Shown piece after piece: positions 10,188 through 21,106 of a stretch of 64,000 bases of DNA. Every line of letters begins with the position of its first letter. Within the stretch, counting starts at the first letter, position 1. Origin of the DNA: an uncultured Gemmatimonadales bacterium (GTDB taxonomy: Bacteria > Gemmatimonadota > Gemmatimonadetes > Longimicrobiales > RSA9); assembly GCA_963798085.1 (NCBI GenBank), contig CAWCRS010000003.1, positions 640,001 to 704,000 on the forward strand, read 5' to 3'. Under the pieces are notes generated by a model, which was not told the origin of the DNA, searched no databases, and was given only the letters and a program-made list of their open reading frames with translations. The position numbers and the translations under genes were made by a program.

Positions 10188-11302
10188 GCGGCCGCCGCCC
10201 CGAGCATGCGCTCGTAGAAGCTCACCGTCTCCTGCGCGATGCGCCGATTGGTGAAGCATGCGAGGGCGCGCGTACGACCGCGCGCGCTCAACTGCTGGCG
10301 CGCTGCCGGCGAATCCGCCAGAGCCATCAGCGCACGCACTAACGCGCCACTATCGCCCTCGCGCACCACCAGCCCGGCATCGCCAATGACCGCCGGAATT
10401 TCGCCCAATGTCGAGCCGATCACGGGAACACCCACCGCCATGGCCTCCACCAGGATGCGCCCGAACTGCTCCATCCAGCCCGCGGTGCGCGTGGAAGGCA
10501 GTGCCACGACGTCGCAGGCATTGAGCAGTCCCGGCATGTCGTGCGCGGGCACATCGCCCAGCAGGTGCAGGCGCTCGAGCACCCCTGCCTGCCGCGCCCT
10601 GGCCTGCAGCACTCTGCGCAGCGGGCCGTCACCGGCGATCACAAGGGCCGCGTCGGGCAGCGCGGTCAGCGCCTGGAGCAGCTGCTGCACGCCTTTCTCG
10701 GGCACCAGGCGGCCGCCAAAGCCGATCGCGAAATCGGCCGCACCAATGCGGAGGCGACGACGCCACTCCGCGCGCGCGACGGGATCCGCCCGGAAGCGGC
10801 AGGTGTCCACGCCCATCTGCGGGATCACTTCGAGCGGGCCGTGATAACCCCACGCACGCAGGACTGCCGCGGCCTGCGCGGTACCCGCAATGCCGCCGCC
10901 CGCCCGCGCGAACACGAAGGTTCGCAGTCTGGCGAATGGCTGCGGAATACGCTTGTGCAGGTTCTGCCACGCGAAGAACAGGAAAGGCACGCCCTGGCGT
11001 GCGCAGTGCCTGGCCAGCTGCGCCGTGACGGCGCTGTACGGCTCCTCGTCAATGTGCACCAGATCCGGCCTGGCCTGGCGCAGCCATGCGCTGACATCGC
11101 GGTAGACATGGAAATGGTTGTGCCCGTGCAGTGCGGCGGGCACGCTTTCGAGCCATGGCTCGGCCGGCGAGGGCGGGTCTACCGGGCGAGGACCCCAGCG
11201 CTCGGGCATGACCGCGTGCAGCTCGACCAGGCCGGCCAGCTCGCGCAGCTTGTCGCGGTATGCGCCCGTGGTCATCGCCTTGGAGACGTAGAGCAGCCTC
11301 AT
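10184..11302 (-). CDS. GT4 glycosyltransferase
   Basis: MRLLYVSKA; GRLVPEKG; WMEQFGRILVEAMA. Confidence 0.92.
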   Translation of the reverse strand: MRLLYVSKAMTTGAYRDKLRELAGLVELHAVMPERWGPRPVDPPSPAEPWLESVPAALHGHNHFHVYRDVSAWLRQARPDLVHIDEEPYSAVTAQLARHCARQGVPFLFFAWQNLHKRIPQPFARLRTFVFARAGGGIAGTAQAAAVLRAWGYHGPLEVIPQMGVDTCRFRADPVARAEWRRRLRIGAADFAIGFGGRLVPEKGVQQLLQALTALPDAALVIAGDGPLRRVLQARARQAGVLERLHLLGDVPAHDMPGLLNACDVVALPSTRTAGWMEQFGRILVEAMAVGVPVIGSTLGEIPAVIGDAGLVVREGDSGALVRALMALADSPAARQQLSARGRTRALACFTNRRIAQETVSFYERMLGAAAA

Positions 11303-12753
11303 CCCGCCTCCCCGCCGGCGCCGCGCAGTGCGGCCAGCACCACGGCGCGCTCGGCGTGCGGCAGTGCACCCGCCACGGCGCAGACCACGCCGGTCGTGGC
11401 CACGAACGCCAGCGCTGCCACGGCGCTCCCGCCGGGCTCGCGCAACCACGCGAGCACGCCTGCGCTGGCGGCGGATAACAGCGCGCTAGCGAGTATGACG
11501 GCGCGTGGCCGGACGCCCGCGTGCACCCGCAGCACCGCCATCATGCCGGCTGCCAGTCCGGCCTCGGTGAGCAGCATTGCCTGGGCTGTGCCCGCCGCAC
11601 CGTGCGCTGGAACCAGCAGCCCGTTCAGCGCGACCTTGAGCAGCAATGCCGCACCATAGAGCGCCGCGACGGCGCGAATGTGACCGCCCGCCGCCAGCAC
11701 GTAGCCGCCCACAATGTTCACGGCCAGCGGCGCAATGGCAATGGCGAGCAGCGCGGTCACCGGAATGGCGGCGCTGTACGCACTGCCAAAAAGCAGCGGC
11801 ACCAGCGTGTCGCGCGCCAGCCAGAGCGTGCCCGCAGCGACCACGCCACTCAGGAGTGTCAGCTCCATGAGCCGGGTCGCGGCCAGAACAGCACTGTTCG
11901 CATTGGCCCGTGCCAGGCGGGGATAGACTGCCGCCGCGCCGGCCACGGCCAGCGCCTGGATGACATCAATGAACTTGTGCGCGGCCGTGTACACGCCCAC
12001 GTCGCTGGAGGCACGCCAGTGGCCGAGCAGGAGCACTTCCAGCTTGGAGTGCGCGGTCAGCGCAATGAAGGCGAGCGCGAAGGGCACCAGCGCGCGCAGC
12101 AACGGCCGGATGCGCGCGGGTCGTGCGCCCAGGCGAAGCCCGTGCGGCGCGCGGGCGGCCAGCCAGAGCAGCGCGACGCACTGTCCGAGCAGTGTCGCCA
12201 CGCAGAACCAGACTACACTGCGCGTCAGCACGACGAGCAGGGCGCCCAGACCGCCCGTCACCAGGCCGTACAGCGCACTGGCCTGCATCCAGATTTCCAT
12301 GCGCTCGATGGACTGGACCCAGGCGGCCAGATTCTCCGCGTACGCGCCCACCGCGTAGCCGCAGCCCAGCACCAGAGTGGCTAGCAGCACTTCGCCGCGG
12401 TAATGCAGGACGCCCCGGCCCAGCGCGAACAGCAGTGTCAGCATGAGGATGTTGCTGCCCGTCTTGACGATGTGCGCTCCGCGGAGCCAGCCGCCGCTGC
12501 CCGCCGGATCCCTCGCCATCTCGCGCACCAGCAGCGGCGACATGCCGAGTGTCGAGACGATGCTCAGCAGCACCGCGAAGGCGGCGGCGGTGCCGTATTC
12601 GCCGAAGCGGGCCGCGCCCAGCGTCCGGGCCGCGACCACCACGGCGCCGACGGTCAGCAGTCGCGGCAGTGTGTACGCGAGGAACAGCGAGAAGGCATTG
12701 GCGAAGATGCGGCGCAATGCGCGCGCGCCCTCGCTCCGCGCGTCGTCGCTCAT
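11299..12753 (-). CDS. Wzx-type flippase (polysaccharide biosynthesis protein)
   Basis: Multi-TM protein with ARTLGAARFGEY and DVGVYTAA MOP-family motifs. Confidence 0.88.
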   Translation of the reverse strand: MSDDARSEGARALRRIFANAFSLFLAYTLPRLLTVGAVVVAARTLGAARFGEYGTAAAFAVLLSIVSTLGMSPLLVREMARDPAGSGGWLRGAHIVKTGSNILMLTLLFALGRGVLHYRGEVLLATLVLGCGYAVGAYAENLAAWVQSIERMEIWMQASALYGLVTGGLGALLVVLTRSVVWFCVATLLGQCVALLWLAARAPHGLRLGARPARIRPLLRALVPFALAFIALTAHSKLEVLLLGHWRASSDVGVYTAAHKFIDVIQALAVAGAAAVYPRLARANANSAVLAATRLMELTLLSGVVAAGTLWLARDTLVPLLFGSAYSAAIPVTALLAIAIAPLAVNIVGGYVLAAGGHIRAVAALYGAALLLKVALNGLLVPAHGAAGTAQAMLLTEAGLAAGMMAVLRVHAGVRPRAVILASALLSAASAGVLAWLREPGGSAVAALAFVATTGVVCAVAGALPHAERAVVLAALRGAGGEAG

Positions 12754-13358
12754 CCGTCGTCCTGGCCGCGCAGTACGACGGGAATGGTGCGCAGGAAAAT
12801 CGCGAGGTCGCGCGCGGGCGAGCGGTGCTGCAGGTACTCCAGCTCGATGCGCGCACGCTCCGGATAATCCGGACGTTCGCGGCCGCGTGCGGTCCACGCG
12901 CCCACAATGCCGGGCCGGTCGCGCAGCAGTTCGCCCGCCGCATCGCCGTACAGCGCGAGTTCGTCCGGCACCACAGGGCGAGGTCCCACCAGCGACATGG
13001 TACCGTTCAGCACGTTGAGCAGCTGCGGGATCTCGTCCAGGTACGTGCGACGCAGCCAGCGGCCGACGCGTGTGACGCGCGGGTCTTCGCCATTGGGCAG
13101 CTTGTAGCCGTTGCGCACGTAGCTGTGGCGCAGCGCAGGCTCGTGCCGCAATCGGTCCTCGGCGCCCACGTTCATGGTACGCAGTTTCCAGCAGCGGAAA
13201 GGGCGGCCGCTCCGGCCCACGCGCTGGTGGCCGAAGAAGACGGGCCGTCCCGTTGCCAACAGCACTGTCAGCGCGGCCAGGGCCAGCAGAGGCGCCAGCA
13301 GCAGCAGCAGAATGGAGGCGCCCAGGAGGTCCGTGAGCCTGCGCATGGTGGGCTTCAC
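12750..13358 (-). CDS. priming sugar transferase (Bac_transf)
   Basis: KLRTM, DPRVTRVGRWLRRTYLDEIPQLLNVLNGTMSLVGPRP; GTGA overlap with the upstream stop. Confidence 0.93.
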   Translation of the reverse strand: MKPTMRRLTDLLGASILLLLLAPLLALAALTVLLATGRPVFFGHQRVGRSGRPFRCWKLRTMNVGAEDRLRHEPALRHSYVRNGYKLPNGEDPRVTRVGRWLRRTYLDEIPQLLNVLNGTMSLVGPRPVVPDELALYGDAAGELLRDRPGIVGAWTARGRERPDYPERARIELEYLQHRSPARDLAIFLRTIPVVLRGQDDG

Positions 13359-15356
13359 GTCCAGAGGTCGGACTTCTGCCGTTCGCGCTCGCACACCACG
13401 ATCGAGCCGACCACGACCGAACCGGCGGTGCGCAGCAGCCTGACGGAGCGCTGCAGGACATCCCGCCGCGTCCGGCCCGTGCGCACGATCAGCGCAACCG
13501 GCCCGCCATCGGCAGCCGCAGCGGCCGCGAAGTCCCCGACCGGTGGCAGGGCGACGAGATGTCGGGCGGCGGGGCCTGCCTGCTGCAGCTCGACGGGCTT
13601 GCCATTGCTGCCCGCCAGAGCGCGCGCCATGCCCTCCGCCCGCCCATCGCGCCCGGCGGCCACGAGAGCTACGCGACTGTTAGTGCCGTTCCGGCCCGCG
13701 AAGCGCACCACAGCGCTTACTTCCGCGTCGGACAGCGCGGGCAGCGCATCCCTCGCCGCAACGGTGACGGCAAGAATGGGCGCACCGGTAATGCCCTCGA
13801 TCTCTACCGCGCGGCGCACCGTGCGATCGGCGCGTTCCGCAACGTAGAGCGCGAGCAGGCCGAAGATGCCGCTGATCGAGCAGGCCCACCGCGAGTCCCA
13901 GCTTCTTGCGCGGCCAGATGGGCTTGAAGCGAATGGCCGGTGGATCGATGACCTGCACGTTGGAGAAGGTGAGCGCCTGCCGCATCTGCTCCTGCCGCAG
14001 GCGTTCCTCGGTCATGAGGATGATCTCGGAGAGCAGCCGGATGGCGCGCTGGCGGCGGCCCATCTCAATGGTCTGCGAGGGTGTGTGCGACAACGCCGTG
14101 TCCATGCTCGCGACCTGACCCTTGAGCACATCGAGGCCTCGTGCCAGCGCCGTGCGATAGCCGTGCACCAGTGAGCGCAGCGTGCTGTCCAGCGCCTGGA
14201 TCTGTTCGTCGACCAGCCGCACTTCATGGCTGGTCTCGGCGCGCCGCATGAGCAGCTCGGAGCGCTGCCCGCGCAGCTCCGTGAAGCGCGTGAGCAGCTG
14301 GCCCACTGTCTGGTTCTCGAGGAACTTCGGGAGCGTGAGCAGCACGCTCCAGTCGAGCCCGGAGTCGGGCGTGGCATCCATGCGGTCCGCGATGGCGGCA
14401 ATGGCATCCAGCTCGTAGTTCGTCTGCTCCACCTGCGTGACCAGACCGCTGTAGCGCTCGACGAAGGCTTCGCCCTGCACGTCGGGCTGCACCAGGTGCG
14501 TGTTGCGCTGCCACGACTCGAGGGCGCTCTCGGCGCTGGCCAACTCGCGGTTAGTCGAGTCCACCACCACGCGCAGCGAATCCACCGCCTCCTCGCTCTC
14601 CCGGCGCGCGATCTCGGCGCGCAGCTCGATGAAGCGCCCGATCATGGAGTTGACGACGCCACGCACGACGGCCGCATCGTTCCCGTCGTACGCCAGGTCC
14701 ACCACATTGGCATCGCGGCGGGAGCGCTCCACTGCCAGCTTCGGGCGCTGCTCGAGCACGGCCATGGCGGGCGGGATCGTGCGCACGCGGATCTTGCGTG
14801 GCCATTCCGGCCGCCGGGCTCTCAGCATCACGGTCACGCCGCCGAACTGCACAGGCTGACCGGCGGCGACCGTCGCGATGGCCGAGTCGCGGGGCGCCAC
14901 CTGGCGCACCGCGACCCTTCCATCGTCCTGCCAGGCCAGCTCGAACGTGGCCTTCGTGGTCGTGGAATCGGCGCGGAACGAAGTGAAGACGGAATCGCGG
15001 GTCCAGCCGCGCGGTTCGATCAGCTTCGCGTTGAGCGACTGATCGCGAATCACCTGTTCGGTCAGCGTCCTGCTGTCCAGCAGCTCGAGGTCGTTGGCGA
15101 ACGGATCACCACCGAGTCGCATGAGACCGAATACACTGGCCGTGGGCGAGACACCGCTGGCCGGTGGCGGCTCTCCCAGACGCAGCCGCGCGTTCGCGCG
15201 ATAGACGGGAATGGCGCGGAAGATCGTGAACACGCAGAACGCGGCGAGCGCGAGAAACACGCTGAGCGCCGGTCGCCAGCGCCGTTGCAACAGGCCGGAC
15301 CACGATTCCAGCCAGCCTTCGCGTCCGTTCGCCTCCCCCGGTTCCAGCAACTGCAT
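13355..15356 (-). CDS. Wzc/GumC-like chain-length determinant (frameshift near 13870)
   Basis: N-terminal TM, long coiled coil, NVQVIDPP...PIWP and a second TM. The C-terminal domain continues in ORF 13355-13819. Confidence 0.85.
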
Positions 15357-15358
15357 GG

Positions 15359-15970
15359 CTAACGCACGATGAAGCTGGTAGCGGCGGCGGCCGCAACCAA
15401 TGCGGCGGCGCCGATGAAGATGGGCAGGTTCTCGCTCAGCCAGCTGCGCCGCGAGATGAGCACCTGGTCACCCGAATGCAGCGGAATGGGCGGCGGTGCA
15501 CCCGCGCGCAGCTGGATGCGTTCTTCTTTCCCCGCGTGCACGAGCACGAGGCTCCTGCGGTTGGCGGTGGGCAGCATGCCCCCGGATAACACGAAAGCAT
15601 CAGCCAGCGTGCCGTTGCCATCGATCCACTGAAAGCCGGGCAACCGTACTTCACCCAGCACAGCGACGCGCTGCAGCGGCGTCACCAGCAGCTCGGGGTC
15701 CGCCAGCTCCTGCGCGAAACCCGTGCGGATGGTGGATTCGATCTCGGAAAACGGGCGTTGCGACACGTCCAGCAGCCCGATCAGCGGCAGCATGATGCGG
15801 CCTTCCGGACTGACCACGTAGCGACCCGACAGGTTTGGTTCGTTCTTTACCTGGAGCAGGAGCTGATCGCCGGGGCGCAGCTGCAGCGACGCGGTGTCCT
15901 GCGCCCGCAGCGAGGCAGGCAGAAGTGCCAGCGCCGGCACCAGCAGAGCATACACGGCAACGGAGCGCAT
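15359..15970 (-). CDS. polysaccharide export protein (Poly_export + SLBB, Wza-like)
   Basis: LRPGDQL...GRIMLPLIG...VAVLGEVRLPG...GDQVLI. Confidence 0.88.
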   Translation of the reverse strand: MRSVAVYALLVPALALLPASLRAQDTASLQLRPGDQLLLQVKNEPNLSGRYVVSPEGRIMLPLIGLLDVSQRPFSEIESTIRTGFAQELADPELLVTPLQRVAVLGEVRLPGFQWIDGNGTLADAFVLSGGMLPTANRRSLVLVHAGKEERIQLRAGAPPPIPLHSGDQVLISRRSWLSENLPIFIGAAALVAAAAATSFIVR

Positions 15971-16087
15971 CCCGGGATCTTCGCGAGAGAAGCGTAGTGG
16001 ACGGAGCAGCCGTACGGACTAAGAACGATTGGACTGCGCCGCAGTTGACGCGGCGCCGGCCCGGACAACATTCGCGACCCTAGCAGA

Positions 16088-17419
16088 GTGCTCGGACCTT
16101 CGCCAAACGAGCCATTTCGCGCGCATGCACGGCTGCCCTCGGCGCTCCGGACTTTTACGGAGCACGAGCTGGAGCTGACGGGCGCTGAAATCGCCGCGCG
16201 CTTCCGCTGGGCGCGACAGCAGGGGCACATCGCATACCTGTGGCCGCACGTGCCCGTGGACGCCTGGCGTGCGTGCCTGCGGGAGACCGAGCGCGTAGTG
16301 GGACTGGTGCTTTCGCATCACCCGGACCCGGTCGAACTGGTCACACCGCCGGGTGCGGACGCGCGGGCCATCGGACTGGCCGCCTTCACGAGCGGAACCG
16401 GCCCGCTGCTGGGCTTCTGGCTCGAGCAGGGCCGCCTCTCGGCTGAGGGTGAGCTGCCCGCGCTGCTGCGCCTGCACCTCGAACACAATCGACGCCGCGC
16501 CCGGCGCATGAACGCGGAGCTGCAACGCGCGCTCGACGTGCTGGCAGAGGCTGCGCTGCGCGCCGTCGTGGTGAAAGCGTCACACACCGGCCCCGCGTAC
16601 TTCCCGGACGCCGGCACCCGTCCCGCCGCCGACATCGACCTGATCGTGCCGCCCGCCGAAGCTGCGCTGGCCGCGCAGCGGCTCGAGCGCGCCGGCTATC
16701 GCCTGGTCAAGCGGCAGCGACATCCATGGAAAAGCGACTGGGTGCCGCCGGACTCGCCCGCAGGTGTGCGCTCCCTGGAACTCACGCACGCGGACAATCC
16801 CTTCACGATCGAATTGCACGGTGGCGCGCTGCGTGAGTTCTTCGGTGTGCGCACCCTGAGCCTGGATCCGCTGGACGAACGGAATACGCGCTGGGCTCCC
16901 GAACTGCACGGCTCCGCGCGCGTGCTGGTGCAGCCCTGGCTCACCGCGTACCTGGCCGCACACGCGTCAGAAGAGCTGCACCAGCTGCAACTGGTGCGCA
17001 TCGTCGAGCTGGCCCTGGTGATCCGGCAGGACACGGAGCGCGGACTGCTGCGCGGTGATGCCTTGCTCGCGCTGCTGCGGGAACGAGATGCCGTACGCTT
17101 CGTGTATCCCGCGCTGGAACTGGTCGAGCGACTCGTGCCGGGCACGATCGATGAGGGCCTGCGCTGCGCGCTGAACGCCAGCGCGACACCGCGCATGCGT
17201 CGCGTGCTCGAACGCCTCGGGCCCGGCACGGCGCAGCGCCTGGAAGGCACTTCACTGGACGAGCGCTTCCTCTGGACGCGCGGACCGATGGAGATGCTGC
17301 GCCGCGTGCTGCACATGCTCTGGCCAACACGCGGCAAGTCGCAGCGGCTGCGCAATGTGTACCGCGAGCGCCTGGCACGCGTCCTGCGCGGGCGCATCTC
17401 CTTACGGCGTTACGACTAA
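16088..17419 (+). CDS. nucleotidyltransferase family protein (NTP_transf_5-like)
   Basis: VVVKA...RPAADIDLIV...IELH motif pattern. Confidence 0.8.
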   Translation: MLGPSPNEPFRAHARLPSALRTFTEHELELTGAEIAARFRWARQQGHIAYLWPHVPVDAWRACLRETERVVGLVLSHHPDPVELVTPPGADARAIGLAAFTSGTGPLLGFWLEQGRLSAEGELPALLRLHLEHNRRRARRMNAELQRALDVLAEAALRAVVVKASHTGPAYFPDAGTRPAADIDLIVPPAEAALAAQRLERAGYRLVKRQRHPWKSDWVPPDSPAGVRSLELTHADNPFTIELHGGALREFFGVRTLSLDPLDERNTRWAPELHGSARVLVQPWLTAYLAAHASEELHQLQLVRIVELALVIRQDTERGLLRGDALLALLRERDAVRFVYPALELVERLVPGTIDEGLRCALNASATPRMRRVLERLGPGTAQRLEGTSLDERFLWTRGPMEMLRRVLHMLWPTRGKSQRLRNVYRERLARVLRGRISLRRYD

Positions 17420-18799
17420 CCCGCTGGTAGACACACCCTCGCCTGATCCCGCGCCCGCCCGGCGGAACAGCACGAACAGCAGTCCCGCTGCGCCCGCCAG
17501 CGCGACCGCGGCGGCAAGTGAGAAGAGCGTACCGAACGTCGTCGCCTGCAATACGAAGCCACCCGCCGTGGCGCCCGTCAGACCACTCAGGTCCGTGGCC
17601 GCGTTGCGCCAGGTCGAGATGCTGCCCTGCCGCTCGCGCGGCGCCTGCTCGAGCAGCCACTGATCGATCAGCGGATTGGTGGCCGGCGGCACGAAACCCT
17701 GCAGCAGGTAGAGCACGAATGCCGGCGCGAGTGCGGTGGTGAGCGCGAGCGCCCAGAGGAGTGGTGCAAAGGGCAAGGACCAGCAGAGCAGCAGGCGGCG
17801 TGTGCCCACGCGCGCGGCGAGGTCGCCACTCGCGAAGACGGCCAGCGCGGTGATGCCCTGCGCCACGCCGAAAAGCAGGCCAATGCGGTCGACGGCGAGG
17901 CCGTGCACGCGCAGGAAGTAGAGATTCAGGAAGGGAATCACGAGGCCGCCCGCGATCATCCAGACGAATACGACGAGCACGGGCAGAAGCAGCCGGCCGG
18001 GCAGCACTACGTGCGCCAGCAGGCGGGCGAACTCCGGCCGTGAGCGCGCAGCCTTGTCGTTCACCCCGGCTGTTTCGCCGTGTCCGCGTAACAGATTGTT
18101 TGAAGGCGACGACACGGCCTCGACGTCGCCGGCGCTGCGGGACGCCGTTCGCAGGGCCACGGCCGGCCTGTCCTGCGCTCGGGTGCGCGTGTCCTGCAGC
18201 CGGCGGCGCAGCGACAGGAACAGCAGCGCGGCCAGCGCAGGGCTGAGGCCGCCCGCCAGCAGGCCGGCGCGCACACCGGCAATGTGACTGAGGCCGAAGC
18301 CGTGCTCCAGCCACGTCGTGAATTCGCCGGAAACCGCGGTCCACAAAGCGCCTGCACCGAGCAGGAGTGCAACGTTCCACGAGAACGCGCGCGCGCGGGC
18401 GCCACGCGCTGCGAGCTGCATCAGCAGCGGCCCCATGGCCACGCGCCAGGATGATGTGCCGGCGCCCGCCAGCAGCGCGGCCAGATAGATGGTGACGGGT
18501 GTTCCGGCCCATGCGCCCAGCGAAAGTCCCGCTGCCGTGAAGGACGCAGCCAACAACCAGGTGGGACTCGCCCCAAGCCGGTCCACCAGTTGACCCGCGG
18601 GAATCAGCGCCAGCAGGCCGCCCGCCGTCAACGCCGCCGCGGCGCCGCCCATCACGCGCGCGTCGAGGCGCAGTGCGTCCAGGTAGAAGTTGTACAGGAA
18701 GCCGTGCGAGAAGAGGCCGGCGGCAAACAGAACGTTGCAGCCGAAGAAGATCGCGAGTGCGCCCCAGTCTCCGCCCTCAGGCTTTTCTGCGGATTTCAA
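17402..18799 (-). CDS. MFS transporter
   Basis: Two bundles of TM helices; GQLVDRLG and GDLAARVGTRR motif-A-like loops. Confidence 0.85.
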   Translation of the reverse strand: MKSAEKPEGGDWGALAIFFGCNVLFAAGLFSHGFLYNFYLDALRLDARVMGGAAAALTAGGLLALIPAGQLVDRLGASPTWLLAASFTAAGLSLGAWAGTPVTIYLAALLAGAGTSSWRVAMGPLLMQLAARGARARAFSWNVALLLGAGALWTAVSGEFTTWLEHGFGLSHIAGVRAGLLAGGLSPALAALLFLSLRRRLQDTRTRAQDRPAVALRTASRSAGDVEAVSSPSNNLLRGHGETAGVNDKAARSRPEFARLLAHVVLPGRLLLPVLVVFVWMIAGGLVIPFLNLYFLRVHGLAVDRIGLLFGVAQGITALAVFASGDLAARVGTRRLLLCWSLPFAPLLWALALTTALAPAFVLYLLQGFVPPATNPLIDQWLLEQAPRERQGSISTWRNAATDLSGLTGATAGGFVLQATTFGTLFSLAAAVALAGAAGLLFVLFRRAGAGSGEGVSTSGLVVTP

Positions 18800-19045
18800 A
18801 GCGACGACGCTGCCTCCCGTTTACAACATACTCTTACGCGTGTCATGCGGGACGTGAACCGTACGGGTTTTCACGGATGCGTGTCCAGCCGACCCTCCTG
18901 CATGTGCGATCACCTCACGACCCGGCGGGCCGCAATGTCAACGGATCGGGCTCTCGGACATTCTTCTAGGACTCGGCGGGCCACGAGCAACACGCGTGCA
19001 GCCACGGTCCGCGCAATACTCACCGGGCGTCGAAACGAAGACTTC

Positions 19046-21087
19046 ATGCTCAACGCATACACGTCCTCGACTGCGACAGCGAGGCGGTGGAAGACGCTGC
19101 ATCCGTGCTGCGCCGCCGCTGCCCTCGCCGCCATCGCATCCGGCGCGGGTGCACAGGTGCGCGACACCGCACGCAGCGACACGACGAACAGGCTGATCCG
19201 GCTGGATCCCATCGTCGTCACCGCGGCACGCGTGCCTGTACGGCAGACGCGCACGGGCTTTTCCCTCTCCATGCTCGGTTCCGCTGCATTGCGGCTGCAG
19301 CACGCGCCCAACGCGGTGGAAATGCTGCGCAATCTGGATGGCACGTTCATCGACGAAGCCAACGGTCCCGGCGGTCCCACGATCGTGCGGCTGCGTGGGG
19401 GCGAAGAGGTGTTCACACAGATCGTGATGGATGGCGTCGAGCTGAACGAGAATGGCGGCTTCTTCGACTTCCAGGGCTTCGCTCCCGTCAATCTCGATCG
19501 TGTCGAGGTGGCGAGGGGCCCGCAGAGCGCGTTGTTCGGTTCGTCGGCGATGAGCGGTGTCGTGCAGTTCATCACGCGTAGCGGGGAAGTGGGCCGACCC
19601 CGCATCAGCGTGGCCGGCGAGGGCACTGGCGCCACGCGCGACGGCGGCGGCTATCGCGGCGAGGCCGACATCTCGGGCGGCTCGCAGGCGCTGCGCTATG
19701 CGGGCGGCTTCGGCTGGACCTTCAATCGGGGCATCTACCAGCTGCCCAACGACACGAAGACGCGCGACGCATCGCTCCGCCTCAATGCCTCGCCTTCCGA
19801 CCGGCTTTGGCTCAGCGGCACGCTGCGCTTCCTGGGCATGGACTCCAATCTGCCCGTGCGCGACCCGGGCGCCACACGCGTGCCGCTCGATCCCAATGCC
19901 CGCGACGAGCGCGACCGGCTCATCTCGTCCGTGAGCGCGCGCCTCGTGACATCGCCGCACATCGACCAGCAGCTGCGCGGCACACTGTACCGCCAGGATT
20001 TCACCTACGACGACAAGGGCGACAATCTCTCGGCCAGCGCGAGCTACCCGTTCTTCATCTTCAATGCCACCTTCCATCAGGACAGCCGCGTGGTGCGCAA
20101 GGGACTGGAGTACGACTTCGAGTATCGCAGCCGCGGCGCGCGCGATGCGGTGGTGCTCTCCTGGGGCGTGCGCGGCGAGCGCGAGTCGCTCGATAACAGC
20201 ACGTTATTCGAGGGCAGTCCGGACAGCCAGCAGCTGGCGCGCAATTCCACTTCCGTCTTCGGCGAGGCGCTGCTGACGCCGTCGTCGCGGCTGGACCTGC
20301 TGGCCGGCGCGCGCGTGGAGAAGTTCGACGGCCTGGACGCGGCCGTGACGCCGCGCGGCAGCGCCGTGCTGCACCTGGTGCCCGGACAGCTCTCGCTTCG
20401 CCTTGCCGCAGGCCGGGCGTACAAGGCGCCCAACATTCAGGACCAGTACGCGAACAACCCCTTCATCGTCTCCAACCCGGACCTCAAGCCGGAGACCAGC
20501 ACCAGCATCGAAGGCGGCGTGGACTGGCAGTCGCGGGATGGGCGCGTGAGCTCCGGCGTCACCGTTTTCCGCCAGAACTTCCGCGACCTGATCCGTGCGG
20601 TGCAGTTCGACTCCACGCGACAGCAGAACCGCAATCTGGGTGAGAGCCGCGCCACCGGCGTGGAAGCACGGTTCGAGTTGCGACCGGCAGCGCGCTGGAG
20701 CGCGGGCATGAGCGGCGGCTGGCTGCGTACGCGCGTACTGAACGCGACCGGGTTGCCGGCAGAGTCGTTCCCTGAAGGCGAAGAGCTTCCCTTCCGGCCG
20801 CGCGCCATCGGCGCCGCCTTCCTGGCGGTGACACCCGCACCCGGTCTGGACCTGCGTCTCCGGGCACAGTACGTGGGCGCGCAGACCGTGCTCACCGAGC
20901 GCTTCAGCGGCAGCCGCGTACGCCTGAACGCCTACGTGCTGCCCGGGTTAACCGCGAATTACAGCGTGCGCGGTGGCTGGAGCCTCTGGGCCAGGCTGGA
21001 CAACGTCGCTGACACCAGATACCAGACCGGCTTCGACCGGCACGGTATCCCCCGACGGGCGCCGTCGGCATACGCTGGCAGAACTGA
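19046..21087 (+). CDS. TonB-dependent receptor (frameshift near 21060)
   Basis: DPIVVTA TonB box; plug with RVEVARGPQSALFGS; NPDLKPE. The natural C-terminus VGIRWQN-TGA (21085-21087) lies in a shifted frame. Confidence 0.9.
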
Positions 21088-21106
21088 CCACCATCACGGA
21101 GCTGCA

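Noticed and set aside
4330..17419. Lasso peptide cluster
   Set aside because: No precursor, PqqD/B proteins or asparagine-synthetase-like cyclase seen.
18800..19045. Cobalamin riboswitch upstream of the TonB receptor
   Set aside because: No recognisable B12-box or conserved aptamer motifs.
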